Source: Promethearchaeota archaeon (GTDB lineage Archaea > Asgardarchaeota > Lokiarchaeia > Sigyniarchaeales > SOKP01). From it: DNA of 64,000 bases. The notes under the pieces are model-generated. The model saw nothing but the letters and a program-made list of their open reading frames with translations. It did not search any database and was not told the DNA's origin. Each line of letters begins with the position of its first letter. Within the stretch, counting starts at the first letter, position 1. The stretch spans positions 96,001-160,000 of the forward strand of contig JAHPZI010000028.1 in assembly GCA_019058295.1 (NCBI GenBank), given 5' to 3'. The position numbers were made by a program, and so were the translations under genes. Of the stretch, positions 9,960-20,066 are shown piece after piece.

Positions 9960-10661
9960 TTGATAAATATGACAAATAATCATAGTCAAAGTTTTTTTGG
10001 CCAAGCAACAGGATTAACAATAAATAGTACTTTAAAAGATGATCCTTTCATTTTTTTAAAGTGTATTAAAAAGAAACCTGATGGAACATGGGAAAAACCT
10101 TCACAAGGAGAAGGAAAAACCATTAAACTTTCTCTAGATGAGATGGTTATGATTTTAAAAGTCTTAAAACGCAAGATTGAATCGTGGTCAAGTTTTCACT
10201 CCTATAAAGAAAATAAAACTCAGATTTCTTTCAGTTGGGAGGGGAATGATGGACATAAGCTTTGGATTAATATTGGAAATTATTCAAAATTACTAGGCGA
10301 AGCTCAAATTGAAATATTTAAATTACTATTGAAACATCTAATTAAAGAAAAAATTGAATTTGCTACCATTTCTAACATATCTAAACAAAGAACTATAAAT
10401 GATCCAGAAAATGAAGATTTTAAACCTACAATTATGAATAATTCTGTTATAAAAGAACAGATGTCTGAAAGTAAAAAAGCTGAAATTATTGGGTCAATTA
10501 AGGCTGAAACAGGTAAAGCAATATTACTTGTTTTTAATAATGGGCAAGAGGCATGGATTCCAAAATCAACAATTTATTCGAATTATAAGCCTGAAATAGG
10601 ATTAAATCAAACTTTTCTGACAGAAAACTGGATTTTAAAAAGAAATAATATCTCAACATAA
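9960..10661 (+). CDS. Hypothetical protein, possible Whirly/PC4-like ssDNA-binding domain plus C-terminal beta domain
   Basis: Long ORF; C-terminal ETGKAILL...EAWIPKS module; see finding. Confidence 0.55.
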   Translation: MINMTNNHSQSFFGQATGLTINSTLKDDPFIFLKCIKKKPDGTWEKPSQGEGKTIKLSLDEMVMILKVLKRKIESWSSFHSYKENKTQISFSWEGNDGHKLWINIGNYSKLLGEAQIEIFKLLLKHLIKEKIEFATISNISKQRTINDPENEDFKPTIMNNSVIKEQMSESKKAEIIGSIKAETGKAILLVFNNGQEAWIPKSTIYSNYKPEIGLNQTFLTENWILKRNNIST

Positions 10662-10830
10662 TAAATTTAAAAAAAATCCATAATGTTATGCTCCTAATTT
10701 TCAATTTGATAATGATTCTGTTATTTTATAGATATATTTATTTAAATTTATCATTAATATTCAAAATTAACAAAATTTTATTAATACAGACAGATATAAT
10801 AAACCAAATATTAGCCTTTCTCTATATTTT

Positions 10831-11991
10831 ATGATGATCCCTAAAAGAAACTATATCGTTTATTTCTACGCTTATTTTGTATCAAATTTAATCTTAATTT
10901 TTATTAACGTGATGTTACCTATATTTTTCTTTAACATTTTAAATATAAATAGAATTGAATTAGCTTTTATACAATTTGCCGCTTATTCGATCTTGTTTAC
11001 GAAACCAATAATTTCTATTTATTTTGATAAAGTTAGATCAACGAGAAAGATTTTCCTTATTATTAGCTCTATAGGAACATTATCCAGTTTTATATTTTTT
11101 ACACTATATTTAAATATCTTGGCTGTTTTTGGTATTTTCCTTTCAATTAATTTTCTCTGCGTCTCAGTTATGGATGTTATCATAGATAAGATGATCGTTG
11201 ATTATTCCCCAGAGGAAAAGACTAAGGATCGAAACGCTAGATATATATTTTTAGGAGGTATGAGTGGTGCGATATTCCCCACTATAATATCTTTTCTAAT
11301 TTTTACTGACATGTACTCAATACCCACTTGGAATTTATTTTTTTTAATATTATCTATCGCAATTATCCCTATGGTATTTATGAGTTACTTTTTAAAAGTC
11401 TCCTTAGACTCCAATAAAAAGGAAGTAGATACAATAGACAACGATATTAATAAAAAACCAATTGTGCTATTATGTATATGTGCTTTCTTTGCGTATGGAG
11501 ATAGAATCTACGATTATCCATTAGAACCTTGGCTAGTTGAAAAATGGGGAGAGCAATATTTTTCTTTACTTTTACTCATTCTTATGATTATGATTATATT
11601 AAATGCCTTAGGAATAGTTATAGCAAGTACAGTTTCAAGTAGATACAACAGAAAAAACATTTTATCGCTCTCGTTATTTATATTAGGTTTACTGATGATA
11701 ATTGCTCCCTTTACAGATAAAATTACTTTTTTTATTATTTTTGGCATAATGCAGATTTTTGCGGGATTTTGTGTTGTAAATTTATTTTCTCTTATGGTTA
11801 AACACTCTCACAAAAAAGTATGGATTTTTCAGTTATTAACCTCGTTTTCTCTTTTAGCAAGATTTTTGTTAGTCCCATTAGGTACATATTTATCGGCGTT
11901 TGTGCCCACAGAAATAATAATAGTAATTGCTGGTATATTAGTTTTGCTTTCAGTAATCCCTGTTATTTTTATTAAATATGAAAAGGAATAA
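10831..11991 (+). CDS. MFS transporter
   Basis: About 12 hydrophobic segments in two halves; MDVIID motif like AmpG-type MFS. Confidence 0.8.
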   Translation: MMIPKRNYIVYFYAYFVSNLILIFINVMLPIFFFNILNINRIELAFIQFAAYSILFTKPIISIYFDKVRSTRKIFLIISSIGTLSSFIFFTLYLNILAVFGIFLSINFLCVSVMDVIIDKMIVDYSPEEKTKDRNARYIFLGGMSGAIFPTIISFLIFTDMYSIPTWNLFFLILSIAIIPMVFMSYFLKVSLDSNKKEVDTIDNDINKKPIVLLCICAFFAYGDRIYDYPLEPWLVEKWGEQYFSLLLLILMIMIILNALGIVIASTVSSRYNRKNILSLSLFILGLLMIIAPFTDKITFFIIFGIMQIFAGFCVVNLFSLMVKHSHKKVWIFQLLTSFSLLARFLLVPLGTYLSAFVPTEIIIVIAGILVLLSVIPVIFIKYEKE

Positions 11992-12226
11992 TAAATTATG
12001 AACTCAGACGTATAAATCGCAAAATATACTACAAAAAAAAATAAATCTTATTCAATACAGTAAGATATTCTAATCTTAAGTAATTATTTGACTGCTATTT
12101 TTGAAATTGAAGCTATTATCCTAAATCCAAAAAAAAATAAGAAAATTAATTTAAATATTAATAATTTAAACATTTTAGGACTTATACTAAACATTATATT
12201 TTTAAAATATTAATTAGGGTTAAAAA

Positions 12227-15200
12227 TTGAATATTTTAAATCTTAATATTATAGATTATCGAGATATTGATGAACTTAATCAAAATTTTAAAAAAATATT
12301 AAATAAAATTCAGAATATTCTTAATATTGATATAATTTATTCTGAGGTTTTTTTAAAGTTAAATGAACTTAAGACTCCTATAAGTATTGAAAAAACGGAT
12401 ATATTTGATTTAGGTGTTGAAAGGGACATAAAAAACAATTCTTTATATATTAGGATTAATAAGGATTATAAAAAATTTTTACCCATCATATTATTAAGAG
12501 AAGCCTTTTATTGTTTTATACCTAAAGCAATTGCTCAAAATCAAACAATTAGAATTATCATTAATCTCATCTTGGAATTTGAACTTGAAAAATTTGAACA
12601 TATTAATGAATGGAAGCAGATTTTTCAAGAACAATTTATCGATTTGAATATAAAATATCCCATATTCCATATAATTGATAAATTTCTTTGCCCAGACGGT
12701 TCAAATTTATCAGAATCTTCCATTCGATTCTTTTTTAATCATATAAGAAATAATGTCCAGTTGATAACAGAGGCTAAAGAAGCATTTCATAACAGATTGA
12801 TAAAGGAATATGTACTAAAGACATCTAGATTTCTTTTCGATGATGATATGATTGAATCTATTCGAATTTTAATTGAAATTTTTTATAAAATAAAAAGTTA
12901 TAAAGCGCTTTTAGAATATAAGAATTATTTTAAAGAATTTAAACAAAATGATAAAATATCGACTGACTTAAGCCTTAGACGTTTTATCAAAAGTGTCAAG
13001 TGGATTAATAAGGTTAGTTTTATAGCTCCTACATACGAAATTAATTACCAATTACTAGATTTTGATTGGAATTATTGTTCATTGACTTTCCATCCAGCGA
13101 TTAATAAAAAGAAAATAGACAGAATTATGAATAAGTTTCCTTTTATAATAAGCCCACGTTCATCACCAGGGAAATTTTCATATGAAATTTCTTTTTGGTT
13201 AATTTCCCCAAAATCATATGATAAGGACATAATCCGTTTTATCGAAAAACTTGAAGAATTTGGATACATTATCGATAAAACCTTAATTTTACAAAGAGAA
13301 TTCAAAAATAATAGTATAAACCTTAACTATTTTAGAAAATTTTATAAAAGAGGGAGATTAATAAATCCGAAGCATCCCAATTATGATGAGAAATACGAGA
13401 TATCATTTGAAAACAATTATGGAACTCAAAAATTACATCAAGAAATTTCTATACTAGATACGATGATCCTTGAGAATATTGTCCAATGGAATGTTGATGG
13501 TATCGGTTTTGAAAAAAGGACTAATGTTTTCCGTTTATTAAAATCAAGAATAATATATGAAATTTTAAGCCAAAAAAATCTAATCAAAAATATTAAGAAA
13601 AAAATACAAATAATTCAAGATAATAATGAAATTAAACAATTTTTTATTACATTATTAGAGAATAATAAAAAATTTGGTTTTTTTTACATCAAGGAGTATT
13701 TAGAAGGGATTAAAAAATATTTAATGTTAGTCGACAAGATCTTAAAGCAAAATCCAGATATAAAAAATGTATTTCAATTTCAAGAATTTATCAAGAAGAA
13801 TGGTATTTTTAATAAATTGGATGAGGCTATTCTTTTTGATAGAACTGATTTAAAAAATAATGTTTTTAATAAGTTCATTCCATTATATTTTAGTGATATC
13901 GAGGCCTTCAAGAAGCATCTAAACCACATTGGAATTCTTTCTGATTTTTTCAACTATTGCCATAAGTTGAAAATATTCAACATCAATGCTCTTATGAGAA
14001 TAATTGAAGATAAATTTGTATCAGAGAAAATATATATAAAAAAACAAGAAAAACTTGATAATATACGCCAAGGTATTAAAAACAAAAAAATTACAGGAAT
14101 AGTAGTAGACGAAATAATTGATGAGTTTTGTAATACAAACCCTCCATTATTGAAGCCCTTTTTGATTAGTACTTTAAATACAAGTAATTTTGCGAAATAT
14201 TATCTTGAATTCATCCTTAAATATAGAAATGAGACAATTGAAATCTTATCCAAAATAAAACACTATTTTCCCCGTTTTGTGTTTGTTTATGGACTGAATC
14301 CGTTCATTAAAAAAAAAATTATTCTAATTTATATTTGGATTGTCAATTTAAATAATATTGAAAAAAAATTATTGATAACTATTTTCAATAAATTTTTTAA
14401 AGATGAGATCATTAGCGTTAAAAGATATTTTTCTGATGGTTTTAATGAAATGCCTGATATTAGATCTTATTACGACTTAGAATCTCAAGGTTTTTTCTAC
14501 ACTAAAGATTTAATCGAGCAATATTCTCATTTTGTCAAAACTATAATTGGAAATCAATTTAAAAAATTTATAGAAGTGCCATTCAAGAATCAAGATTTAC
14601 TATGGTCGTCAAAAGAGTCTTTTACTGAATTAATTAGTCGTGTTGAGGATAGAATCTCACGACAACAAATTGATTTTAATGCTAAAAAACTCCAAGATCT
14701 AAAAGCATTTCATTCAAATCTCGAAAATTTAATTTTAAACGTACAAAATTTTAAGCAGGTTAAACAATCAAATTTTTTTAAACAGTATATAAAATCTATA
14801 AAATTTTTCCCAAATTTTCATAATTATGGTATTTCAAATTATTTTTTATATATTCGTCCACTTGATTTAAATCAAATTGATCTTAGACTCTTGTTTAATA
14901 ATACTTTTCAAAAAATTAAATTTCAAGCTTCCATAGGCAAAAGTCAATCATTTTTCATTTCATATCTCTTCCCGTTTAGAAATCCTAACATATCCTACGT
15001 AAATTGGTTAACAAAATCTAAACGCATCATTCTTGAATATTGTATTTTCTACATAAAGACTATACACCTCATCTTCAATTTTCATAGCAATCTCGAATCA
15101 AGTGGTTGGGATTTGGATCATAAAAAATTTGAGACTCACATTCAAGAAATTTTATTCAATCCAAAATTCAAAAAAATACCTCTTGAAATAAAAACATTAA

Positions 15201-15853
15201 AATTAAGTGAGCCCTCTAAATTCCAATTTCTTGGACCAGATACTCCAAATTTTACTAAATTGACTAATATTTACAGAATTGAATCTATTGATATAAAATC
15301 TATAGTGGGAACTAAAAAATATTCCCAGGAAAAAGCTATCATAGATTCATTAAAAGATAAACATATATTTCCATATTTAAAACTTAAAAATTTAGATTTT
15401 CAGGATAAAATTTACCTTATCTTGATTAATCTCAATAAGGAGACGATAGATAAAATAATTAGAATATTCAGTTTCTTCAATTATGGATTTATTTATGAAA
15501 TTGAGGGAGAATATTTCATACAAGAGCTCTTAGATGATGGTAAATTTGAGAATGGCCTTATGATTAAGCTGTATTTCCCTCTGTGCGAAATTAGTGCGTT
15601 TCTAAAAATCTTTAGAAAGTTATTTCATTTCTTACATATCAAGAATTTTTTGATCTTAAATGACTTAATAAGTGGAAAAAATCTAATTAAATCGATTTAT
15701 AGTGATTTTGATTTATCCAAAAATTATAATCCTTTAATAAATCTGAGATGGAATAATAAAGATAAAATGTGGATGAATAATAAACTATATAATGAAAAAT
15801 TCGAGCCTCTTTATCCAGATTTAGTACCTAAAGAACAAAATAATGGAACCTAA
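12227..15853 (+). CDS. Large hypothetical protein with repeated Lrp/AsnC-like modules
   Basis: 1208-aa ORF; recurring P-x-x-N-x-x-x-(L/G)...Y segments. Confidence 0.6.
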   Translation: MNILNLNIIDYRDIDELNQNFKKILNKIQNILNIDIIYSEVFLKLNELKTPISIEKTDIFDLGVERDIKNNSLYIRINKDYKKFLPIILLREAFYCFIPKAIAQNQTIRIIINLILEFELEKFEHINEWKQIFQEQFIDLNIKYPIFHIIDKFLCPDGSNLSESSIRFFFNHIRNNVQLITEAKEAFHNRLIKEYVLKTSRFLFDDDMIESIRILIEIFYKIKSYKALLEYKNYFKEFKQNDKISTDLSLRRFIKSVKWINKVSFIAPTYEINYQLLDFDWNYCSLTFHPAINKKKIDRIMNKFPFIISPRSSPGKFSYEISFWLISPKSYDKDIIRFIEKLEEFGYIIDKTLILQREFKNNSINLNYFRKFYKRGRLINPKHPNYDEKYEISFENNYGTQKLHQEISILDTMILENIVQWNVDGIGFEKRTNVFRLLKSRIIYEILSQKNLIKNIKKKIQIIQDNNEIKQFFITLLENNKKFGFFYIKEYLEGIKKYLMLVDKILKQNPDIKNVFQFQEFIKKNGIFNKLDEAILFDRTDLKNNVFNKFIPLYFSDIEAFKKHLNHIGILSDFFNYCHKLKIFNINALMRIIEDKFVSEKIYIKKQEKLDNIRQGIKNKKITGIVVDEIIDEFCNTNPPLLKPFLISTLNTSNFAKYYLEFILKYRNETIEILSKIKHYFPRFVFVYGLNPFIKKKIILIYIWIVNLNNIEKKLLITIFNKFFKDEIISVKRYFSDGFNEMPDIRSYYDLESQGFFYTKDLIEQYSHFVKTIIGNQFKKFIEVPFKNQDLLWSSKESFTELISRVEDRISRQQIDFNAKKLQDLKAFHSNLENLILNVQNFKQVKQSNFFKQYIKSIKFFPNFHNYGISNYFLYIRPLDLNQIDLRLLFNNTFQKIKFQASIGKSQSFFISYLFPFRNPNISYVNWLTKSKRIILEYCIFYIKTIHLIFNFHSNLESSGWDLDHKKFETHIQEILFNPKFKKIPLEIKTLKLSEPSKFQFLGPDTPNFTKLTNIYRIESIDIKSIVGTKKYSQEKAIIDSLKDKHIFPYLKLKNLDFQDKIYLILINLNKETIDKIIRIFSFFNYGFIYEIEGEYFIQELLDDGKFENGLMIKLYFPLCEISAFLKIFRKLFHFLHIKNFLILNDLISGKNLIKSIYSDFDLSKNYNPLINLRWNNKDKMWMNNKLYNEKFEPLYPDLVPKEQNNGT

Positions 15854-15997
15854 AAAAGATTAAAAATTTTAAAGCACATAAAAAAACCTCCATTCATTAC
15901 ATTATTAGGATATGTATATTGAATAAGTGGAGTTTAAATATTCCATCAACTAAACATAAGTGCACCAAAATTATATCTTAATTGAAGTGATTATTGT

Positions 15998-16114
15998 ATG
16001 GAATTAAGTAAAAAAGTATTGGTTGCTTTAGCTATTTTATTAACAGTTTCCTATGGTTTAAGCATGGCTGCAGCAGGAGTCTCTATTCCTGGTTGCGGAG
16101 AAGCAGCTCCATAG
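15998..16114 (+). CDS. Small 38-aa secreted or membrane peptide (not in ORF track)
   Basis: MELSKKVLVALAILLTVSYGLSMAAAGVSIPGCGEAAP*; SD-like GAAGTGA 7 nt upstream; signal-peptide architecture; T-tract downstream. Confidence 0.65.
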   Translation: MELSKKVLVALAILLTVSYGLSMAAAGVSIPGCGEAAP

Positions 16115-16197
16115 AAAATTCAATCCAGTTTCGGGACATAAAAATAGCTAGCAATATTTTCTCTTTTTTTATAGGAAAAAAATAAATTAAAAAAGAA

Positions 16198-17118
16198 TTA
16201 CTTAAAAAATTTAAGAAATTTGTCTGCTATTTCGAAACTTGAAACTTTAGCAGTATGTTTTACAAATTCCCAGACATCCATTTTTATTTTATAACGCTTG
16301 TAAGGTTCTAAATCTTCTAATTTATTGTATTTTTTAAATCCGTAATAATCGTAAATGTATACTCTCTTTTTCTTTAGATAGCTACATATTGTAATATCTT
16401 CCTTCAGACTTCGATATCCGTCTTTTATATCTCCTAAAAAGATATTATCTCCCTCTTTTTTGGCCGTTTGATAAAACCAAAAATCTTTATATTGTTTTTC
16501 TCTACCCTCTGGAACTCTATACACCATTGTTATGGTTATATCTTCGTCAATCTCATCGAAAGGCACGTTCCGAGTTATCTTTTCAATTTCATAAGCGGAT
16601 GATATTGATCTAATAATTCCAAATCTTTTGTTATCACTGTGTACAGAATTTATAAGACAATTATAACCCCTAATTGCTTTTATCATTTCATTTTTATTAG
16701 GATTCTTATTAAATATATAAGTTAATTTTTTATTCAATGGAAGGGTCTTAATATTTTTTCGATATTTTTTCGATATCTCGGCGTCAATATAGATTTCCTT
16801 AACATAATTGAATATCTTATTGTTTCTTAGCATTTTATAGATTTCTTTAAACTTATGCGAGTTATCTAAATGTGCGAAATCTTTATCCAAAATACACACA
16901 TTAATCCCTATATTATTATCTATTAGGGATTGAATCCTATTATAACACTTTGCCTTCATTGTATGCTTTCCAAGCGCAATAACAAATTCTATCCCTCTTT
17001 TACTAAAATTATTTAAAATATCGTCGTCTTTGGGAAGTCTGAAAGGATCTGACCAAAAAAAATATTTTAATTTGGTTTTTGGTCTGATTTCAATATATTT
17101 CTTGCTTTTTATATCCAT
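16198..17118 (-). CDS. Hypothetical protein
   Basis: 306-aa ORF, no recognisable motif. Confidence 0.6.
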   Translation of the reverse strand: MDIKSKKYIEIRPKTKLKYFFWSDPFRLPKDDDILNNFSKRGIEFVIALGKHTMKAKCYNRIQSLIDNNIGINVCILDKDFAHLDNSHKFKEIYKMLRNNKIFNYVKEIYIDAEISKKYRKNIKTLPLNKKLTYIFNKNPNKNEMIKAIRGYNCLINSVHSDNKRFGIIRSISSAYEIEKITRNVPFDEIDEDITITMVYRVPEGREKQYKDFWFYQTAKKEGDNIFLGDIKDGYRSLKEDITICSYLKKKRVYIYDYYGFKKYNKLEDLEPYKRYKIKMDVWEFVKHTAKVSSFEIADKFLKFFK

Positions 17119-17191
17119 TATAATAAAAGAGAAGTTTAAGAAATTTATTCTATTGCTTATATGAGAATTAGGTTAAAAAAAAAAAAAAGAT

Positions 17192-18019
17192 TTATTCTTG
17201 AGAATAATTAGCTTTTAAACAAAATCCTAAAAAGATAATTAAGAATACAAAGAAATCGATCATTTCAGCAGTGAATATATAGGTTGGCGTTTCACCAAAG
17301 ACAATTTGCAACACTACTCTCGCAATGTTAGATATAAACCATGCTATAAATCCGATTGCGATGATTAAAGGATGAACTTGAGAAAGTCTTTTGTTTTTAT
17401 AAGCAAATAAAAACATCCATATGATTACAAGTATTGAAGGTATAACGATACAAGGCAATAATATACCCATTATCAAGAAGTTAGGCGCTAGAATTACAGC
17501 AGTGGTTTCAATAGCCACAATCACTAACATAATTCTGAACGTAGCTTTATTCCTCTGTTTCTCATCACCAGTAGATTTCCCGCGTAAAGATCGTAAATAT
17601 AAGATCATATTAATACTTAAAAATATTAAAGGGGCCATTTCTAAAATAATTATAAAAAAGCGGATTTTTAATAATAACATCACAAAATCATCATTGAAAG
17701 TAAAAAACGTAAGGTCCCAGAACAAATCTAAGATTTTACCAAATGCCAACAGAAGGAGAAAAATTCCAAATAGAAAGGGGATATCTGAAAGGTACTGTTC
17801 TTCTTGCTTAAACCATCTGTGGAACATATAATAAGACATGACTGATATAAACCCAATTCTAATTAAAATGATTATAACTACCGGCCACGCTCCTTCTGTA
17901 TGAGTAATCGCCTGTTGTATTTCTCGAAGATATAGGAGATATAGTAGTAATAACGGTACTAATCCCGATACAACAATTAATAATAATAAAATTTTATAAG
18001 TCCGTGCTTTTGTCAACAT
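17192..18019 (-). CDS. Multi-pass (7-8 TM) membrane protein
   Basis: Hydrophobic segments; AAAGGT SD upstream. Confidence 0.75.
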   Translation of the reverse strand: MLTKARTYKILLLLIVVSGLVPLLLLYLLYLREIQQAITHTEGAWPVVIIILIRIGFISVMSYYMFHRWFKQEEQYLSDIPFLFGIFLLLLAFGKILDLFWDLTFFTFNDDFVMLLLKIRFFIIILEMAPLIFLSINMILYLRSLRGKSTGDEKQRNKATFRIMLVIVAIETTAVILAPNFLIMGILLPCIVIPSILVIIWMFLFAYKNKRLSQVHPLIIAIGFIAWFISNIARVVLQIVFGETPTYIFTAEMIDFFVFLIIFLGFCLKANYSQE

Positions 18020-18143
18020 AAATTACCTTTTTCATAATAAATTTTATTTATATATAGAATATATTAATACATTCACTTAAAATCATAAAAACCTAACGTA
18101 TTTTTTTTAATAAAATTCTAATATTTTGGGTTTTAAAATAGAT

Positions 18144-18833
18144 TTAATAAATTTTTTCTAATTTAAGTAAATAAAATCCTTGAATCAAGAAACAAATTAT
18201 AAAACTATACATTGTAAGCTTTTGTAAAGTGACTTGAAATACTAATGATTCGAGGCTATTTGCACTATATTTCAGAAAAGTTATGATGAGTAAATTGATA
18301 AATGCAAAAGAAAAAACAAACAATAAGATCAATGCCATTCTATTAGAATATTGCTCTTTGAAGATAATTGCAATTGCATATAATAATATTGTAATCACTC
18401 CTGTAGTAGTAAAAATTAATCCACATAACACATGAAAAGAGCCATATACGTCCCATGGAGTAAGATAACCCACTAACATGAAAATTCCTGAAATTATTCC
18501 GAGAATCATAATAAAATTAGATATTCTTTTTATTTTTGGATCATCTTTGAAGAGATCTCTTAATGTTATGACAAATAAAATAAGTGAAATAGAGAAGAAC
18601 ACCCCCGCAATAGTATAAAGGATTAAAGATATAATGTTTGACTTCCCTGAGATAGATTTAATTCGGCCTAAATCACTAATAAAATTAATAAAAAATGAAT
18701 ATGTTTGAGCGTTTGGATTTATGAGATTACCTCCAGTATAAAAGAACATAGCTATTGTAGTCAGTATTAGATATTGGAAAATACCTATTATAACTAAACA
18801 AAATGAGAATTCGTGATAATTATGAATTTTCAT
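18144..18833 (-). CDS. DUF998-like membrane protein
   Basis: Y.GG...YSF..NFISDLG motif, conserved His, multiple TM helices. Confidence 0.7.
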   Translation of the reverse strand: MKIHNYHEFSFCLVIIGIFQYLILTTIAMFFYTGGNLINPNAQTYSFFINFISDLGRIKSISGKSNIISLILYTIAGVFFSISLILFVITLRDLFKDDPKIKRISNFIMILGIISGIFMLVGYLTPWDVYGSFHVLCGLIFTTTGVITILLYAIAIIFKEQYSNRMALILLFVFSFAFINLLIITFLKYSANSLESLVFQVTLQKLTMYSFIICFLIQGFYLLKLEKIY

Positions 18834-19035
18834 TATAATTCAATTTTAATCAATTTTAAAAATGATTTTGTGCCTAAATATAAAAACACCACGAGAGAAA
18901 ATTTTTAACTTTCTACAGAAAATATTAAAAAGAATTTTTTATAACAATATATAAATCAAAAATTAGAAAAATATTAAGAGTTAACAATTTAAAAAACTAT
19001 TAGGAGAATCAGATAGTAATTTTTTTTAAGAAACC

Positions 19036-19932
19036 ATGATGTTCTTTGAAATTCTGGATAAATTAAAAAGGAAAAGCGCCTCGTTAATAATATATTGCTT
19101 GTTGGATAGAATTCCAATAATTGTGTTTGGAGACAATTCTGATGAAATAGACGATTTTTTAATGGAATTATCAAACCTTATTCATTTTCGAAGAGAATAT
19201 GTCTTTAATACGGATTTTATCTCGATTGAGGACTATAATAATTTAATTCAAACCGAAGATATGGATTATAATTCTGAGAGGGTACATATAAGATGCTCTA
19301 GCAATGTCGCCATGAAAGCTTTAAATCAATTTGATGAAATTAATTCTTGGATTATAGGCGTAGTAGCTCCTAAACACAAGGAGAATTTAGAAGAGATAAA
19401 AAATCTAATTAAAGAGAAGTCAAAAGTATTTCTGAGCATTTTCCTCTCAGATGACACGATTTCTGTAGAATTAGAGGGGACCGATTTAAAATTAATTGAT
19501 CTTTCATTAGAAGAAAATATACTACGGAAGATTTCTGAAGATACAGAGAAATCTATAGTAAAAATGAAAAGAGTTTTATCTGAGAGAACTAAATCAGACA
19601 AACTTAGTAAAGAAATGATTAAAACTCTATTAGATTTTGAAACAGAAAAGAATGAATTAATAAAGAATATCTTTAAAAAAGAAATTCAAAATTTCTATTC
19701 AGGGTCAAAAAGAGCTTTTTTCATTTTATCTAGATTAAGATTATTGACCACTATGGAAATTGAAACTATAATTGGAACCAAAACACTTTTTGATACAATA
19801 GATTACGATGAAGCTACGATAAATCGAATTCTTTCTTTTATTAATCGAGAATGGAAAGAAGATTTTTCCGATTTAATCGAATCTGGCAAAAAGGTAGACA
19901 TAGGGGATAAAATTCAAAGCCTCTGGGGTTAA
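19036..19932 (+). CDS. Hypothetical protein, possible cDENN-like domain
   Basis: IIYCLLDRIPIIVFG...FL.ELSNL pattern. Confidence 0.5.
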   Translation: MMFFEILDKLKRKSASLIIYCLLDRIPIIVFGDNSDEIDDFLMELSNLIHFRREYVFNTDFISIEDYNNLIQTEDMDYNSERVHIRCSSNVAMKALNQFDEINSWIIGVVAPKHKENLEEIKNLIKEKSKVFLSIFLSDDTISVELEGTDLKLIDLSLEENILRKISEDTEKSIVKMKRVLSERTKSDKLSKEMIKTLLDFETEKNELIKNIFKKEIQNFYSGSKRAFFILSRLRLLTTMEIETIIGTKTLFDTIDYDEATINRILSFINREWKEDFSDLIESGKKVDIGDKIQSLWG

Positions 19933-20066
19933 AATTATTAATTATTGCCGTTTATTTTATAAATACAAATAATTATGATTTATTTATAAAAAAAAACATC
20001 TAATTTATTATCGCTTATAATTTCTTCAAAAAAACTTTAATTTTTACTAATTCAAGTGGATATATA

